From the IMG/VR virus record IMGVR_UViG_3300034121_001395: a stretch of DNA of 64,000 bases, one strand, 5' to 3'. The notes below the pieces were generated by a model that saw nothing but the letters and a program-made list of their open reading frames with translations, did not search any database and was not told the origin of the DNA. The DNA is from a virus. Every line of letters begins with the position of its first letter. Position 1 is the stretch's first letter. This document shows, piece by piece, positions 31,462-41,662 of the stretch. Position numbers and translations under genes: made by a program.

Positions 31462-32148
31462 ATGAAAAAAGAAGTAAGACTCAAAGATCTACTAACAGTT
31501 GACCCTACAGATGGCTCATATAACTATGATCCACTCGACATTATGATCACTGCATACAAAAAACGCAAACGAGATTGGATGATCAGTGAAGAGGACCCAG
31601 AATGTGAGTGTCCAGCAGACTGTGACTGTGACTGTGACTGTCATGACATAGAAGAGTCTGTCTATGATACTATGTCAAAACATGAGTTGAATGCAGAACT
31701 TCGTAGAATTAATGACGAACTTAAAAAATTAAAGTCTGCTGAAAAAACAAAAGACACACTCAACAAAATAGGAATATTGACTAATGCTCGTGATAGTGTG
31801 CTAGAAATGCTAAAGGAAGAAACAATTGTTGAAGTATTAACTATTCAGCAGCGTATGGCACGCCGTGCAGCTATGCGTCGACTCAAGAGTCGCATAAAGG
31901 TTGGTCGCGAGCGGGCAAAACGCCGTCGCGCATCAAATGAAGTATTAAAAGCTCGTGCACGTCGTGCAGCTCGTAACCAACTAGCTAAACGTTTACTTGG
32001 AGGCAAGAGCAAAAGTGAAGTATCCTATGCTGCACGTTCACGAGTTGAAAAGGCGCTGTCAAAACAAAAAAATCTTATAAATTCTTTAGCAGCAAAGTTA
32101 TTAACACAAGTACGGGCAAAGGAAGTTGCACGATTTAGAAAAAAATAA
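31462..32148 (+). CDS. Arg-rich conserved T4-like protein
   Basis: LTIQQRMARRAAMRR basic domain; (GACTGT)4 giving DCDCDCDC; TATAAATA upstream. Confidence 0.65.
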   Translation: MKKEVRLKDLLTVDPTDGSYNYDPLDIMITAYKKRKRDWMISEEDPECECPADCDCDCDCHDIEESVYDTMSKHELNAELRRINDELKKLKSAEKTKDTLNKIGILTNARDSVLEMLKEETIVEVLTIQQRMARRAAMRRLKSRIKVGRERAKRRRASNEVLKARARRAARNQLAKRLLGGKSKSEVSYAARSRVEKALSKQKNLINSLAAKLLTQVRAKEVARFRKK

Positions 32149-32152
32149 AATT

Positions 32153-33208
32153 ATGGGAGTTCACTTAAAATCATTTAAGACATACACTGAAGAAAAGACT
32201 TCTGAAATTATAGTTTCTTTTGGCCGTTTTAATCCGCCTACACGCGGCCATGAAGAAAACATTGAAGCCATAGCAAAACTTGCAAAAGGTAAACCATTTA
32301 GAATATACGCATCTCAAAGTGAAGATCCAAAGAAAAATCCTTTGGGTTATGAAGAAAAGATTAAATTTATGCGTAAAATGTTTCCACAATATGGTCGCAA
32401 TATTATATTAGATCGGTCTGTTAAAAATGTATTTGACATAGCAACAAGTGCATATGATGAAGGTTATACTCGCTTTACAGTTGCTGTTGGTAGCGATCGT
32501 GTTGAAGAGTTTAAGGCATTGCTTCGTAAATATGATGGCGTAAAGGGCACGCATGGCTATTATAAATTTCCTGATGGCATAAACATTGCATCTACTGGTC
32601 AGCGTGATCCTGATATTGACAGTCGTACTGGTGCAAGCACCTTTGCCATTAGTGCTAGCAAGATGAGAAGCGCAGCAGCAGACAATGATCTTGAAACGTT
32701 TGCGAAAGGCGTGCCAAAAACATACGGCGATGTAAAGGATCTTTTTAATGCAGTGCGCAAAGGCATGGGACTAAAAGAAAGTCATAGTTTTAGAAAACAC
32801 GTTCAGTTTGATACCTTAAGTGAAACTCGTGAACGCTATATCTCTGGAGAAATATACAACATTGGAGACTCTGTAGTGGCAATAAAAGACAACACAGAAT
32901 ATAAGATTGCCAGTCGTGGTCCTAACTATGTCACGTGTGTAAATGAAACTGAAGACAAACAAGTTAAATTTTTTATACATGACATACGAGAAAAGTTGAT
33001 GCTCGACGAAGAAACATGGGAGGCTGGTTATGAGCGTCGAGTTGTAAAGGTTACCAAACCAGATCGTTTAGAAGCTGGATATAAATGGAGAATAAAGGGC
33101 AAAGATGACTCTTCACGTACAATTAAATATTACAAAGACAAACCAGACTTTGAAGAATTTAAAGCACAAATGCAAAGAGTAGCAGGTCATGAATTTGGAA
33201 CTCGATGA
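32153..33208 (+). CDS. Cytidyltransferase-like protein
   Basis: SFGRFNPPTRGHE, KNPL, VGSDRV and ISASKMR, as in T4-like cyanophages. Confidence 0.85.
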   Translation: MGVHLKSFKTYTEEKTSEIIVSFGRFNPPTRGHEENIEAIAKLAKGKPFRIYASQSEDPKKNPLGYEEKIKFMRKMFPQYGRNIILDRSVKNVFDIATSAYDEGYTRFTVAVGSDRVEEFKALLRKYDGVKGTHGYYKFPDGINIASTGQRDPDIDSRTGASTFAISASKMRSAAADNDLETFAKGVPKTYGDVKDLFNAVRKGMGLKESHSFRKHVQFDTLSETRERYISGEIYNIGDSVVAIKDNTEYKIASRGPNYVTCVNETEDKQVKFFIHDIREKLMLDEETWEAGYERRVVKVTKPDRLEAGYKWRIKGKDDSSRTIKYYKDKPDFEEFKAQMQRVAGHEFGTR

Positions 33209-34265
33209 AGAATATGGTGCCGGCTTTGAGGGCACAAAAGGCCTATTGTATAAATATATAAAAGACACACCTGGGCAAAGCATACAACAATATATGAAAA
33301 CTAAAAGCTTATCTGAAATACTAAAAAAGAGTGATCCAGTCGGAGATTGGATTCGTGATTTTATTAACAGCGACAACTCCCGCTTCTCCGGAAAGTCAAA
33401 AAAAGAACGCATTAATATGGCACTTGGAGCATACTATGCTGCTCAACGCAATGAGAGCACAACAGAAGTTGGACTTGAAGAAAGCACAGTATCAGCAAGT
33501 CAAATCAATCGATATATCGATACAGAAAACTGGAAAGCAATTGCTGACTTAATGAAGGGTCTAAACGATGATGAACACGAATTGTGGGCAAAAAACGGTT
33601 ATGATGGACGTACCTATGAGTTGTTAATGAAAACTCGTAAGAAAACTCGTAAAGAGTCTGTAGAACTTGATGAAATGCGCGAACTCTATGCTGTAGTAGA
33701 CACTACAGACGGCACAGTAGTTGCAACCGCATCAAGTGAAGACGGAGCAAAGCGTAGCATACGCAGCGCTCACCTTCCACCAATTTCAAGTGAGCATCCT
33801 TCAAAGCTAAAGATTGTAAAGACTAAAAAGACTGCGCAGGTTGGCTATCCAATCAAGGAAGAAACAAATAAATTGACAGAAAAGATTGATGTCGAAGCTT
33901 TGCTTGATGCTGCGGTAGCGCTTAGGAAAAAGAATCCACAATTACGCAAAGGTCAAAGCATTATGATTGCTTTACATGATGTGGATAAAAAAGCATATGA
34001 TAATGCTAGAAATAAAGCTGATGCATTTAATAATGACTCTAAAATTCCACAACTAATTCAATTATTAGATCCTTCTTATTATAAAGAAGAGAAAAATTTA
34101 GAAGAAAGTCCTTCATTAGACACTCTTCGTATCATGAAGATAGTCTCACTTGCTACTGGATGTAAAGATCTAGACTCACTCTATGAGTACGCATCCACAT
34201 CACCAAACTATTCTTCAATCGTAGAACTAAAAGAAAACTTTAATAAGTATATTCAACAAGCATGA
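33189..34265 (+). CDS. Modular hypothetical (probable internal head) protein; start uncertain
   Basis: FSGKSKKERINMALGAYYAA module and acidic L-x-E linkers. Confidence 0.6.
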   Translation: MNLELDEEYGAGFEGTKGLLYKYIKDTPGQSIQQYMKTKSLSEILKKSDPVGDWIRDFINSDNSRFSGKSKKERINMALGAYYAAQRNESTTEVGLEESTVSASQINRYIDTENWKAIADLMKGLNDDEHELWAKNGYDGRTYELLMKTRKKTRKESVELDEMRELYAVVDTTDGTVVATASSEDGAKRSIRSAHLPPISSEHPSKLKIVKTKKTAQVGYPIKEETNKLTEKIDVEALLDAAVALRKKNPQLRKGQSIMIALHDVDKKAYDNARNKADAFNNDSKIPQLIQLLDPSYYKEEKNLEESPSLDTLRIMKIVSLATGCKDLDSLYEYASTSPNYSSIVELKENFNKYIQQA

Positions 34266-35053
34266 AATCATTAAACGACATTTTAAACGAATCATCTGGT
34301 GACGATCTGCTAGGTCGTATGATGGCAGAATATAAGGTATTTGTTTCTACACTAAAATCTTTGGGTTTTGAAAAGGCTCCAATTGGATCTTCGACATACA
34401 AGCCAGGACCGAATCGTGGAAAGGTAGAAGAACTTTGGGGCATTCCAATGCGCGCTGACAAATGGGCAGACATCTTTTTTGCAGTTATGTATGACGATCG
34501 TCTTCCATGGCGTATCATTGATCGTGACGGCACTGAAAGCTATGCCAAGTTAAATGATGTCACTAAGGCACTCATGAAGCGTATGCGTACCATCAAAGAA
34601 GAGCAGTCTGATGAAGAAGTTGATCCAACCGGAGAAGCGCTATCAGAACTAGAAGACATTTGTGAAATGGCAGATGAATTATATGAGACTCTCTCTGACC
34701 TTGATGAAATTGATTCTGAAATGCGCGAAAGTATTACAGCAATCTATTTAGCACTTGATGATCTCTATGAAAATGTAGATAAAAAATATGAAGTCACAGT
34801 TGATGCAGATGAGTATGAAGAAGTAAACGAAGAGGTTGATATGACCCGCTTTAAGCAACTTGCTTCTACTGGACTTGTATCAAGAGAAGAACTTCCTAAA
34901 CTCGTACTTGCTATGCGTGCACTTGACGCAGACAAACCGCTGTCAATGTCACAAAAAGATCTTATAAATTCAACATTTCAATCACTTATTGCAATTGTAA
35001 CTGGTGATACAAGCGTACTCTCAAAGGTAAAAAGTAGCATCGCTAACAACTAA
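34262..35053 (+). CDS. Acidic hypothetical (head-associated) protein
   Basis: MKSLNDILNE leader; acidic centre. Confidence 0.6.
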   Translation: MKSLNDILNESSGDDLLGRMMAEYKVFVSTLKSLGFEKAPIGSSTYKPGPNRGKVEELWGIPMRADKWADIFFAVMYDDRLPWRIIDRDGTESYAKLNDVTKALMKRMRTIKEEQSDEEVDPTGEALSELEDICEMADELYETLSDLDEIDSEMRESITAIYLALDDLYENVDKKYEVTVDADEYEEVNEEVDMTRFKQLASTGLVSREELPKLVLAMRALDADKPLSMSQKDLINSTFQSLIAIVTGDTSVLSKVKSSIANN

Positions 35054-35194
35054 TTCTATCTCGCCTTAAAACCCCATTAGCCATCCGTTCCGGAACTTTC
35101 AGGCTATAGTTTTTATCAAGGCATTTTAGGAAGCTTTTATTGAAAGGAATGTATATTATTATACCAATCAAACCCAAAATGTAAATAACAAAAT

Positions 35195-36457
35195 ATGCCA
35201 ACTCAATTTTTATCATCTGACCATACACTGACTCGTAAAGCTGCACGTTATGAGGTTGGCATGCTTGCTGATCAGCTTACACCAAGTGGTGCTTTAACTG
35301 ATGCATTTGGTCGACTACGCACTTCAACTCCATTCACACTTTTTGACAGTCAACATCGCTATGTTGAGAATGACAAATGGAGTACAGTAACTGCAAATGG
35401 TGGAACGTCAGTACACGTTCCTGTAGAGAGTGTAATGAATATGTCTGTGACGTCAACGACAAACAGCGAAGTTGTTCGTGAGACTCGTCGAGTGATGGCA
35501 TATCAGCCAGGCAAAAGTTTGTTGATTATGACAACATTTGCTATGGCAACTCCAGTTGCAAATCTTCGTCAACGCGTCGGTTATTTTAGTACAACAAACG
35601 GTATATATCTCGAAAATGATGGCGCATACAACTGGATTGTGCTTCGCAGTGCCAGTTTAAACACAGAACTTCGAATTCGTCAAGACGCTTGGAATGGTGA
35701 TAAGTTTGATGGCTCAGGCTATTCTGAAAGAACATTAGACCCGTCAAAAACACAAATATTTTGGATGGACATCGAATGGCTTGGAGTCGGTGATGTTCGT
35801 TGCGGGTTTGTAGTAAATGGCAAACCAGTACTCGCCCATACATTTCACAATGATAATGTTCGAACAACAACATACATGACGACTGCGTGTTTACCACTTC
35901 GCTATGAAATTAAAAATCTTGGATCAGCGAGCGGAACGATGAAGCAGATATGTTCTACTGTGCTATCAGAAGGTGGCTATGAAGAAATTACAAAACAATG
36001 GGCAGCAACACGAACAACTGCTATTGCATCGGTATCAGTTGCCACAGGTTGGGCCCCGGTAGTAAGTATACAATTAGCAAGTGGTCGTACAGATGGCATT
36101 GTTATTCCTGCGCAGATACACATAGTTGGTACAGGAAATGGAATTATATATGAATTTGCTCTTATAAGAAATGCAACAATTTCAAGTGGACAATGGGTGA
36201 CACACTCTTCTAGCGGTGGAGGTGTTGAATATAACGTTACATCGACATCAATGTCTGGTGGTGCAGTAGAAGATAGTGGTATATTTGCAAGTTCAAACCA
36301 ATCAAATGCTCTCATCAATATTGAAATTGCACGCCGCTTTGAACAGCAACTCGGGCGAGATCAGTCAGGAACTTCTGATACTATTACTCTTGCTGCACGT
36401 CATCTAGCTGGAAGTGGCTCCGTTTATGGTACACTCAACTGGAACAGCGTAGTATGA
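35195..36457 (+). CDS. Putative virion structural protein
   Basis: DAFGRLRTS, YQPGKS and EWLGVG motifs of a widespread beta-rich phage family. Confidence 0.65.
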   Translation: MPTQFLSSDHTLTRKAARYEVGMLADQLTPSGALTDAFGRLRTSTPFTLFDSQHRYVENDKWSTVTANGGTSVHVPVESVMNMSVTSTTNSEVVRETRRVMAYQPGKSLLIMTTFAMATPVANLRQRVGYFSTTNGIYLENDGAYNWIVLRSASLNTELRIRQDAWNGDKFDGSGYSERTLDPSKTQIFWMDIEWLGVGDVRCGFVVNGKPVLAHTFHNDNVRTTTYMTTACLPLRYEIKNLGSASGTMKQICSTVLSEGGYEEITKQWAATRTTAIASVSVATGWAPVVSIQLASGRTDGIVIPAQIHIVGTGNGIIYEFALIRNATISSGQWVTHSSSGGGVEYNVTSTSMSGGAVEDSGIFASSNQSNALINIEIARRFEQQLGRDQSGTSDTITLAARHLAGSGSVYGTLNWNSVV

Positions 36458-36768
36458 TGACCTTTAAAGACTATTTCTATGAAGCCGCTGAGTATGACGG
36501 TCAGAGCGTGACTCTCAACAAGCCATGGCGTAGCGACGATGAAAAACATAAGTTTTATGTCTATGTGCGTAATGAAAAGGGCAACGTCATAAAACTTGGA
36601 TTTGGTGATCCAAAGGCAGAGATTAAACGAGATGATCCAGAGCGTCTAAAAAGTTTTAGAGCTCGCCATCAGTGTGATACAGATCCGGGTCCAAAGTGGA
36701 AGGCTCGTTATTGGAGTTGTAAGTTTTGGGAAAAAGGGAAGACTGTAACTGATTTATTGTCGAAGTAA
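36454..36768 (+). CDS. Conserved myophage protein
   Basis: MTFKDYFYEA leader; FGDP..SFRARHQC..ARYWSC. Confidence 0.7.
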   Translation: MMTFKDYFYEAAEYDGQSVTLNKPWRSDDEKHKFYVYVRNEKGNVIKLGFGDPKAEIKRDDPERLKSFRARHQCDTDPGPKWKARYWSCKFWEKGKTVTDLLSK

Positions 36769-36788
36769 ACGACGATATAAATTATAAT

Positions 36789-37157
36789 ATGCAGTTGGTA
36801 AATGAGTTAACGGATAAAAATTTTTTAGTCTACGCGGCTAAACATTATAACAATCCACACTGTCTAGATATAAAAGAGTTTCACGCTGATCTTGCTCATC
36901 TGAAGTATATCAAAAAACTCTTTAAAAAATATCAAGATAAAAGTATACTTCAAGAGAGGCTAATCTTAAACCATCTCATTATACTTCACAATATGTTTTA
37001 TACTGAAGCTGCAACTCGTATGTGTTTTAATCGAGTAAACGAACACAGTTGGCCAGCACTTAAGACATTTTTGCTTTATCTAAACTATATTCCAGAAGGC
37101 GAATATATAAATATACCTATTGATCTATACGTAGCTCGAACACTTCAAAGAATTTAA
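36789..37157 (+). CDS. Conserved T4-like hypothetical protein
   Basis: KHYNNPHC..ERLILNHLIIL..LKTFLLYLNY. Confidence 0.7.
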   Translation: MQLVNELTDKNFLVYAAKHYNNPHCLDIKEFHADLAHLKYIKKLFKKYQDKSILQERLILNHLIILHNMFYTEAATRMCFNRVNEHSWPALKTFLLYLNYIPEGEYINIPIDLYVARTLQRI

Positions 37158-37161
37158 AACT

Positions 37162-37746
37162 ATGGGACTCCTAACACGCACTACAGACACTGTTTACGCA
37201 TTTAGATTTTTACGCTTACTCACTACTCCATGGACGAAAACAGGAGCCTATAAGATGGGACTTATAGATGCAAATGGCAACGTAATAAGAAAGCCAGAGA
37301 CAAGTGAAGAAAAAAGTAAGTATAATATTTTTCATAAATTGGTCTTTAACGTTAAACGTATGCTTAATGTAATTCCATTTGGCAAGACTACAATTGCTTC
37401 GTATCTTGCGGCGCTCTATCTCATAAAAGAAAAAACTGGAGTTTCTGATCGAGCACTTGCTAAGGTTATCAAAGAGGCCACTGGGTGCGATCCACGTGCG
37501 CTTCATCTTGAAGAGTCTTTTTGGTATCTCAATGAAGACAACACTCTTCGTCATGGAACATACAAATTAACGCGTAACCTACCATTACAACTAACTGGAG
37601 ACATATTGGCTCTCAAGAATACAACAATATCAATAGCAGAAAATTCATGCCCGGTTGGAAATATTTTTGGCGTAAATGTGTATGACGCCGTGCATTGTAA
37701 GACTGGACAAAAAGTATTAATAACTCAACACGATATTAAGCAATGA
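37162..37746 (+). CDS. Conserved T4-like hypothetical protein
   Basis: FRFLRLLTTPW..AYKMGLIDANG..ASYLAALYLIKE. Confidence 0.7.
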   Translation: MGLLTRTTDTVYAFRFLRLLTTPWTKTGAYKMGLIDANGNVIRKPETSEEKSKYNIFHKLVFNVKRMLNVIPFGKTTIASYLAALYLIKEKTGVSDRALAKVIKEATGCDPRALHLEESFWYLNEDNTLRHGTYKLTRNLPLQLTGDILALKNTTISIAENSCPVGNIFGVNVYDAVHCKTGQKVLITQHDIKQ

Positions 37747-38030
37747 AAAACGAAGAAGTAGTTACTGGAGACGTTGCAATGCCACCTTCTGACTATCCTA
37801 AAAGTGGAGCAACATGGAGACTTTTTAATGTACCAACTGACATCTTTAGACGGTTTGAAACCGGGCGAAATAAGTTTGAACGCTGGTGTAAATATCTAGA
37901 TATGGCAGATGAGGAGCAGCAAGCTTTATACAATTATGCTAAGAAAAATAGCAAGCATACAATTGTACTACGTGATTCTGTTAGTGGCGCTCTTCGTAGC
38001 ATACGCAGACGTGCCATGAATGAATCATGA
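37743..38030 (+). CDS. Conserved T4-like hypothetical protein
   Basis: GRNKFERWCKYL..IVLRDSVSGA. Confidence 0.6.
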   Translation: MKNEEVVTGDVAMPPSDYPKSGATWRLFNVPTDIFRRFETGRNKFERWCKYLDMADEEQQALYNYAKKNSKHTIVLRDSVSGALRSIRRRAMNES

Positions 38031-38108
38031 GACGTGTAAAAAATTATTTACAACTCGCCTTTTTCTGTTTATAATAAACATCTGCTACACAGCGTAACAT
38101 TTTCCAAC

Positions 38109-39101
38109 ATGAACGACAATAATACACACAGCATCTTCGAAGAACAAATTAGCCGCAAACCAAACCACTATCCATGGACAGAGCAGTTTATTGAGGCCAT
38201 GCACAATGGATTTTGGACAGACAAAGAGTTTAGTTTTAAATCTGATGTGCAGCAATTTAAGGTTGATTTAAATGATCAAGAACGCGAGATTATTGTGCGT
38301 ACACTTTCAGCAGTTGGACAAATTGAAGTTGCAGTAAAAACTTTTTGGGCCAAACTGGGAGAAAACCTGCCGCATCCTAGTCTTCAAGATCTAGGCTATG
38401 TTATGGCAAACATTGAAGTTATTCATAATAGTGCCTATGAGCGTCTACTTAGTGTGCTTGAACTAGAAGATATTTTTGAAGAGAATCTTAAACTTGAATG
38501 GATACAAGGTCGTGTTAAATATCTTCGTAAGTATACTCACAAGTTTTATAAAGATTCTAAAAAACAATATCTCTATGCTTTGATTCTTTTCACTCTTTTT
38601 GTTGAAAATGTTTCGTTATTTTCTCAGTTTTATATTATTAACTGGTTCGCTCGTTTTAAAAATGTACTTAAAGACACAGATCAGCAAGTAAAGTATACTC
38701 GCAATGAAGAAAACATTCATGCTCTTGTTGGTATAAAGATTATCAACACAATTCGTGAAGAGCATCCTGAACTATTTGACAATGAGCTTGAGGCACGCAT
38801 CGCGCATGAAGCTGAAGAGGCATACAAGTCTGAAGCTAAGATTGTTGACTGGATGATCAATGGCATAAATGAACCTGGGCTATCAGCACCAATTCTTAAA
38901 GAGTTTATTAAAAATCGTATCAATGAATCCCTTGCTCAAATCAGTTTTAAACCAGTATTTGAAGTGGATAGAGAGTTGCTTGAGTCTACAATGTGGTTTG
39001 AAGAAGAACTACTTGGCAACAATATGGCGGATTTTTTTCACACCCGCCCGACTGAATATTCAAAGAAAAATCAAAGCTTTAGCGAAGACGACCTGTTTTG
39101 A
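38109..39101 (+). CDS. nrdB: Ribonucleotide reductase class I beta subunit
   Basis: EVIHNSAY, VENVSLFSQF, EENIH and DFFH. Confidence 0.93.
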   Translation: MNDNNTHSIFEEQISRKPNHYPWTEQFIEAMHNGFWTDKEFSFKSDVQQFKVDLNDQEREIIVRTLSAVGQIEVAVKTFWAKLGENLPHPSLQDLGYVMANIEVIHNSAYERLLSVLELEDIFEENLKLEWIQGRVKYLRKYTHKFYKDSKKQYLYALILFTLFVENVSLFSQFYIINWFARFKNVLKDTDQQVKYTRNEENIHALVGIKIINTIREEHPELFDNELEARIAHEAEEAYKSEAKIVDWMINGINEPGLSAPILKEFIKNRINESLAQISFKPVFEVDRELLESTMWFEEELLGNNMADFFHTRPTEYSKKNQSFSEDDLF

Positions 39102-39122
39102 TGTGATATATAGATCTATATT

Positions 39123-40781
39123 ATGAGTGATAAAATATATTGGTTAAATAAAGATAGTAGAAAATTTTTAGAGAGAGGATATCTCTTAGAGGGAGAAACT
39201 CCAGAACAGAGAATACAGGACATTGGCGACAGGGCACAAGCACTGTTAGATGATATGCCTGGGTTTTCAAACAAGTTTGTAGACTATATGTCAAGAGGTT
39301 TCTATTCTCTTGCTTCTCCAATCTGGTCAAACTTTGGCCGTAAACGCGGGCTGCCAATTTCATGCTTTGGTAGCTATATACCTGATGACATGAATGGAAT
39401 CCTCTCAAAGGTCGGCGAGATTGGTACAATGTCAAAAGTCGGCGGAGGAACGTCTGCATATTTTGGAGACGTACGTGGTCGAGGAGCACCAATATCTTCT
39501 GGCGGTGCTGCTACAGGTGTGCATCATCAGCTTACAGTTTTTGATTCGCTTATCAACTATGTCTCTCAGGGCAATGTACGACGTGGTTCTTTTGCGGCCT
39601 ATTTGCCTATTGATCATCCTGATATTGAAGAGTTTCTCAAGATTCGGTCTGAAGGTAATGCTATTCAAGACTTGTCTATAGGTGTGTGTGTATCAGATGA
39701 GTGGATGAAGAGCATGATTGGTGGTGACAAAGATAAACGTAAAGTTTGGAGCACAGTCATTAAAAAACGATTTGAGTCTGGTTATCCTTATATCTTTTTC
39801 TCTGATAATGTAAACAACGGCGCACCTCAGATGTATAAGGACAAGGGTCTTAAGATACATGCAAGTAACCTTTGTACAGAAATCTTTTTGTCTACATCAG
39901 AAGATGAAAGTTTCGTGTGTGACCTCTCTTCACTTAATCTTGAAAAGTGGGACGAGATTGCAGAAACAGATGCAGTAGAGACGCTTGTATATTTCTTGGA
40001 TGCAGTCATGTCTGAGTTTATTTTGAAGACTGGAAATCCTGGCAATGAATTTATGAGAGCGCCTCGTAAGTTTGCTATCAATCAGCGTGCACTCGGTGTA
40101 GGTGTACTTGGTTGGCATTCATTATTGCAGTCAAAGATGGTGCCATTCGAGTCGATGGAAGCAAAGATGATGAACAATCAAATTTGGAGTACTATCCGTG
40201 CCAAGGCAGACTCTGCTACCTCCCAACTTGCAAAACTTTTTGGCGAGCCATTTATGCTGGAAGGTTATGGTCGACGCAACTCTACTACGCTTGCAATTGC
40301 TCCTACTACGAGTAGTTCTTTTATTCTTGGACAGGTATCACCAAGTATTGAGCCACTAAACAGCAATTATTTTGTTAAGGATCTTGCTAAGGGCAAGTTT
40401 ACCTATCGCAATCCATATCTTGAAAAGTTGCTCAAAGAAAAAGGCAAAAATGATCAAGAAACATGGAAGGATGTTCTTACTCATGGTGGTTCTGTACAAC
40501 ATCTAGACTTTCTTTCTACAGAAGAAAAAGATGTATTTAAAACCTTTGGTGAAATCTCTCAAAAAGAGATTGTCATTCAAGCAGCACAACGTCAAAAGTA
40601 TATTGATCAAGGTCAATCACTCAACTTGATGATTGCACCTACTGCAAAGCCAAAAGAAGTCAACGAGCTTCTTATCTTTGCTTGGGAACAAGGAGTCAAG
40701 TCATTGTATTATCAACGTAGTGCAAATCCAGCACAGGAACTTGCACGTTCAATCTTAACCTGTAGCACATGTGAAGGGTAA
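39123..40781 (+). CDS. nrdA: Ribonucleotide reductase class I alpha subunit (short, no ATP cone)
   Basis: PISCF, SNLCTEI, APTTSSS, QKYIDQGQS, KSLYY and C-terminal CSTCEG. Confidence 0.95.
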   Translation: MSDKIYWLNKDSRKFLERGYLLEGETPEQRIQDIGDRAQALLDDMPGFSNKFVDYMSRGFYSLASPIWSNFGRKRGLPISCFGSYIPDDMNGILSKVGEIGTMSKVGGGTSAYFGDVRGRGAPISSGGAATGVHHQLTVFDSLINYVSQGNVRRGSFAAYLPIDHPDIEEFLKIRSEGNAIQDLSIGVCVSDEWMKSMIGGDKDKRKVWSTVIKKRFESGYPYIFFSDNVNNGAPQMYKDKGLKIHASNLCTEIFLSTSEDESFVCDLSSLNLEKWDEIAETDAVETLVYFLDAVMSEFILKTGNPGNEFMRAPRKFAINQRALGVGVLGWHSLLQSKMVPFESMEAKMMNNQIWSTIRAKADSATSQLAKLFGEPFMLEGYGRRNSTTLAIAPTTSSSFILGQVSPSIEPLNSNYFVKDLAKGKFTYRNPYLEKLLKEKGKNDQETWKDVLTHGGSVQHLDFLSTEEKDVFKTFGEISQKEIVIQAAQRQKYIDQGQSLNLMIAPTAKPKEVNELLIFAWEQGVKSLYYQRSANPAQELARSILTCSTCEG

Positions 40782-40984
40782 AGACTATATAAAACTGTCT
40801 CCATTTTGGTATGCACTTGGTATGTTTGTAGTAGTACCATTTGCAGCAATACTTATGATAGTGTCTGCTCTTTTAATGCTGGCATTTTGGCCATTGGTTC
40901 CATTTGTCGCATATTTTGAAAGAAAGAACGACCCCGTTATTGATGATATAAATAACAGAAAATAATTTAAATATATTAAATATA

Positions 40985-41185
40985 ATGATAGAAAACAATC
41001 GATGCCCTAAATGCAAATATGTCTACGAAGTCTCTTGGGATGATGAGGACGATAAATACTATTGCGATGACGAAGAAGATTTTGAAGATCTAGAACGTGA
41101 AGAACTCTACCCAGAATATTGCCCTTTCTGTGGAACCTATCGTATCTATGGAACAGAAGACGATTCTCGCGATGACGAAATTTAA
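40985..41185 (+). CDS. Small zinc-ribbon protein
   Basis: CPKC..CPFCG. Confidence 0.6.
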   Translation: MIENNRCPKCKYVYEVSWDDEDDKYYCDDEEDFEDLEREELYPEYCPFCGTYRIYGTEDDSRDDEI

Positions 41186-41195
41186 TATATAATTT

Positions 41196-41627
41196 ATGAC
41201 ATGGCTATATAATGAACTTCCTTTTACTCGCGAACTTGCTCAAGAGAAAATTGATGAAGGTTATATTGGGTTTGTCTATGAAATAACTGATAGTCTAAAT
41301 GGCAAAAAATATATTGGCAAAAAACTGTTGTCTAGTGTAAAAAAACTTGCTCCACTAAAAGGCAAAACCCGCAAAAGAAAAAAGTGTGTGCAGTCTGATT
41401 GGGAGAAATACTATGGCAGCAGTGAAACTGTAAAGGCTTTAGTCGAATCACGACAATCAGATTTTATTCGTCGAATCATATATCTCTGCAAATCTAAAGG
41501 TGAATTGTCTTATATGGAAGCAAAGGAACAGTTTGACAAAGAGGTGCTGCTTACAGATGATTTTTATAATGAATTTATTGGAGTAAAAATCCACAGCGCC
41601 CATGTAAAAAGTTTATGGAAAAAGTAG
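41196..41627 (+). CDS. GIY-YIG family protein (conserved upstream of rnh)
   Basis: GFVYEIT..KKYIGKK..SDWEKYYGSS. Confidence 0.8.
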   Translation: MTWLYNELPFTRELAQEKIDEGYIGFVYEITDSLNGKKYIGKKLLSSVKKLAPLKGKTRKRKKCVQSDWEKYYGSSETVKALVESRQSDFIRRIIYLCKSKGELSYMEAKEQFDKEVLLTDDFYNEFIGVKIHSAHVKSLWKK

Positions 41628-41662
41628 TGTACATTTGAGTCACATTAGTGTATAATTATATC

